Source of the DNA: an uncultured Candidatus Saccharibacteria bacterium
GTDB taxonomy: Bacteria; Patescibacteriota; Minisyncoccia; 2-02-FULL-40-12
Direction of reading: 5' to 3'
Length of the DNA: 50,317 bases
Assembly (NCBI GenBank): GCA_964368135.1
Contig: CAYIZI010000003.1
Location: 1-50,317, forward strand
In this document: piece by piece, positions 49,401 through 50,317 of the stretch
Layout: every line of letters begins with the position of its first letter
Numbering within the stretch: the stretch's first letter is position 1
Position numbers and translations under genes: made by a program
Notes under the pieces: model-generated
What the model was told of the DNA's origin: nothing
The model's input: only the letters and a program-made list of their open reading frames with translations
The model's database searches: none

Positions 49401-50317
49401 CTACCTGCTTACAGGGAATACTCTCCAAGTTGGGGGCTTCGCCTCGGCCGCCTACTCGAGGTTCGGGACAAGTATCACATCCTACTCCCGACTGGGAGAT
49501 ACCAACGATCTCTTAATCACCGACGACCTTGAAGTTGACGGCACGGCTTGGTTTGACGGCACCGTCAACTTCTCAACTATCGCTTCGGCCTCTCTTTTCC
49601 ACGCCCAAGACGGCACCGCTGCTTCTCCCAGTTATACTTTTGCCGTAGATAAAGACACGGGCATGTTCAGAAGAGCAATCAATGCTCTGGGTTTCTCCAC
49701 CCTTGGCCAAGAACGTCTGACCATTGATTCCACCGGCAACGTCGGCATCGGGACGACGAGTCCAACTGTTCCGTTCCATGTTTCGGCGAATGCTCCCACC
49801 GCGGACTACCTGGCCAGGTTCATTAATAGCCAAGGAACCCGCGCGTTAGGGCTTATAATCCAAACGAATACGGCCAGTGCGGTTGCGAGTGACCCGCTGT
49901 TCAACGTTATCGGCGGTGCCGACACGAGATTCAAAGTTGAAACCGGCGGCAACGTCGGCATCGGGACGAGTACTCCAACCTCTCTCCTGACTGTCCAAGG
50001 AAGAGGTGAGTTCCAAGGCACCGCCTCTGCCTCCTACCTTTTGACCGGCAACACTCTCCAGGTCGGGGGTTTTGCTTCGGTCGCTTATTCAAGATTCGGT
50101 ACTGACGCAACTACTCACGCCGGGACCATTGATGCCTCAAACGATCTTCTTATTTCTGGCGGTCTTGAAGTGAATTCTGATGTCTTCTTTGATTCAAAAG
50201 CCAGTATCTCTTCCAATCTTCAAATCTCTGGCCGATTCATTGCCGATACCGCCGCCTCCCACTCTTTTACCGGTGATCTTAATATCTCTGATGATTTATC
50301 AGTTGACGGTTCTGCTT
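46423..50317 (+). CDS. giant HTH-TM-anchored surface protein with tail-fibre-like GNVGIGT repeats (3' partial, at least 1298 codons)
   Basis: This ORF is absent from the track. I split every 60-nt line from 46441 to 50317 into codons (line starts are in frame) and found no stop. An in-frame TAG at 46417..46419 closes the frame upstream. The first start candidate is TTG at 46423. The N-terminus has an HTH_17-like segment (ASVLAEEFGYDRNHIGLLARQGKVEG...KKWYVTKESLESY) and then a TM helix (LRYGLVALFILLISATSL). Confidence 0.85.
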   Translation, partial: MEAIEREGKKFIAASVLAEEFGYDRNHIGLLARQGKVEGILVEKKWYVTKESLESYRIKAAKNRKEVARQGIQLTRRPIAPSLASSHIADGTRAIRTYLSSSNLKLGLRYGLVALFILLISATSLSYYKNPALGHKTGKLIKDSFDLVGDTIKLPSLTLFEAAKNLDTITQVVTKPARRLLYGELIKFESPKVISNFDSVSKPANNFKRNLFSLLLNSRNLFKEYSYSVRNEYKDSLFAIHNELIIPLADAISGPITYLLTHLFGKEEPKEDLAEELIQRIKELEQQLKDGRFFILSNNNIIREIVERVVVETQTPAPPQTVQPLPAITFNQALEQRFSAIENTLLSFEERFLKTPTIISPIPTYSGGGNTGMTILNPATIDSETVKAVTLTVSGSGTISKNLTINGDLTVDTNTFYVDSTNNRVGILTTSPETAFEVIGLASVSQLAGAGLTDCDGGTQSLKWDGTNKVFSCGSGGVSSNSIDFDEIVASATFDTNWDIALNSKNLDIGDAKFFIEGSSGKIGIGTRQLTEVLEISGNASVSGGFFGPSFPATDCSTESQTILWNSTTGKFSCGTDASGGGGGAFQVREYPPGVTVSDIATISFDAGAFNITASAGTDAVVKLDYTNGPASRAADQTITGNWLFNNDVEFQDNSLTRFKFASTSLGRFGFGDTSPETFFEIASSSGIVASISDTFFVDATNKFIGIGTTGPTTVLHVSGPSSGGTIWNSGLRVDRDGGGSVNQYTVINTNGGATQIIGVDLTAGAGNGAEIIFNRSNTGSGTPSVSMRISSSGNVGIGAAPSTKFEVQGTASASYLLTGNTLQVGGFASAAYSRFGTSTLTANPAGNWITGSSDLLVSGDLYGVGSIAFAGPASMSNTLWVSPGGYSGNVGIGTTSPQAKLHVSGGTILLDHNKYLQGKDSGGTVRDIIGTIFSSQDIFDLAGTAAYNVRIAAGGGDILFPGSGVWKSTGFVGIGTTAPSTKFEVQGTASASYLLTGNTLQVGGFASAAYSRFGTSITSYSRLGDTNDLLITDDLEVDGTAWFDGTVNFSTIASASLFHAQDGTAASPSYTFAVDKDTGMFRRAINALGFSTLGQERLTIDSTGNVGIGTTSPTVPFHVSANAPTADYLARFINSQGTRALGLIIQTNTASAVASDPLFNVIGGADTRFKVETGGNVGIGTSTPTSLLTVQGRGEFQGTASASYLLTGNTLQVGGFASVAYSRFGTDATTHAGTIDASNDLLISGGLEVNSDVFFDSKASISSNLQISGRFIADTAASHSFTGDLNISDDLSVDGSA
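48802..50103 (+). repeat. three ~135-156-nt intragenic repeats (48802..48936, 49333..49470, 49948..50103)
   Basis: Each encodes G(N/F)VGIG..P(S/T)..(F/L).VQG..TASASYLLTGNTLQVGGFAS(A/V)AYSRFGT. Copies A and B are identical over 37 aa but differ at about 16 synonymous sites. Confidence 0.85.

Noticed and set aside
47670-50021. Nine track ORFs on both strands lie between 47670 and 50021 (for example 48651..49388 - and 48983..49516 +).
   Set aside because: All lie inside the uninterrupted frame-1 ORF that starts at 46423. None has recognisable motifs. GC-rich coding sequence commonly leaves alternative frames open.

Overview
This is an AT-rich, tightly packed bacterial segment. Single 60-nt lines I hand-counted gave about 33% GC in housekeeping genes. 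The gene content suggests, by inference, a Patescibacteria/CPR-like genome.

Housekeeping content: infB, murC, murB, murA, cca, comF, ligA and gatCA. I folded eight tRNAs by eye: Leu-TAA, Cys-GCA, Ser-CGA, Ala-GGC, Arg-CCT, a non-canonical Pro-CGG-like gene, Ser-TGA and Ser-GCT. A free-standing LAGLIDADG endonuclease gene sits between two tRNAs.

Pilus locus: a complete type IV pilus locus without a secretin spans about 29.7-41.2 kb (pilM, pilN-like, pilO-like, pilB, pilT, pilC, major pilin, pilD and four minor pilins, one carrying a LamG domain).

Most interesting signals, all read directly from the sequence:
1. A 47-nt hairpin element is inserted in frame in both infB and murB. The two copies are 36/47 identical, and 8 of the 11 differences form 4 compensatory base pairs. 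comF may hold a degenerate third copy.
2. An XRE-type HTH domain is fused to MurA. A perfect 18-bp palindrome lies in the 32-nt murB/murA divergent promoter gap.
3. The major pilin gene is bracketed by two direct copies of a three-hairpin palindromic element that shows covariation. The pilD start codon lies inside the downstream copy.
4. A conserved 40-nt block plus covarying hairpin occurs twice. In the second copy a 73-nt double-hairpin insertion creates the stop codon of a Tyr/Gln/Gly-repeat surface protein.
5. A six-gene cluster of unknowns runs from 13.5 to 19.6 kb: two cupredoxin-like proteins flank three tandem Cys/His-rich membrane-anchored paralogues and a polytopic membrane protein. 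This is my best candidate for an undescribed extracytoplasmic system.
6. An uninterrupted ORF of at least 1298 codons (46423 to the window end) is missing from the supplied ORF track. It encodes an HTH-TM-anchored, tail-fibre-like giant protein.
7. A 700-nt AT-rich gap contains a GC-rich structured island (candidate ncRNA). It also holds two of the window's four perfect DnaA-box 9-mers, which all share one orientation.
8. Four genes for predicted exported proteins at about 58-62% GC carry canonical GGAGG Shine-Dalgarno sites that neighbouring genes lack. One has an OMP-like beta-barrel tail.

I saw no rRNA, CRISPR array, transposase or reverse transcriptase.
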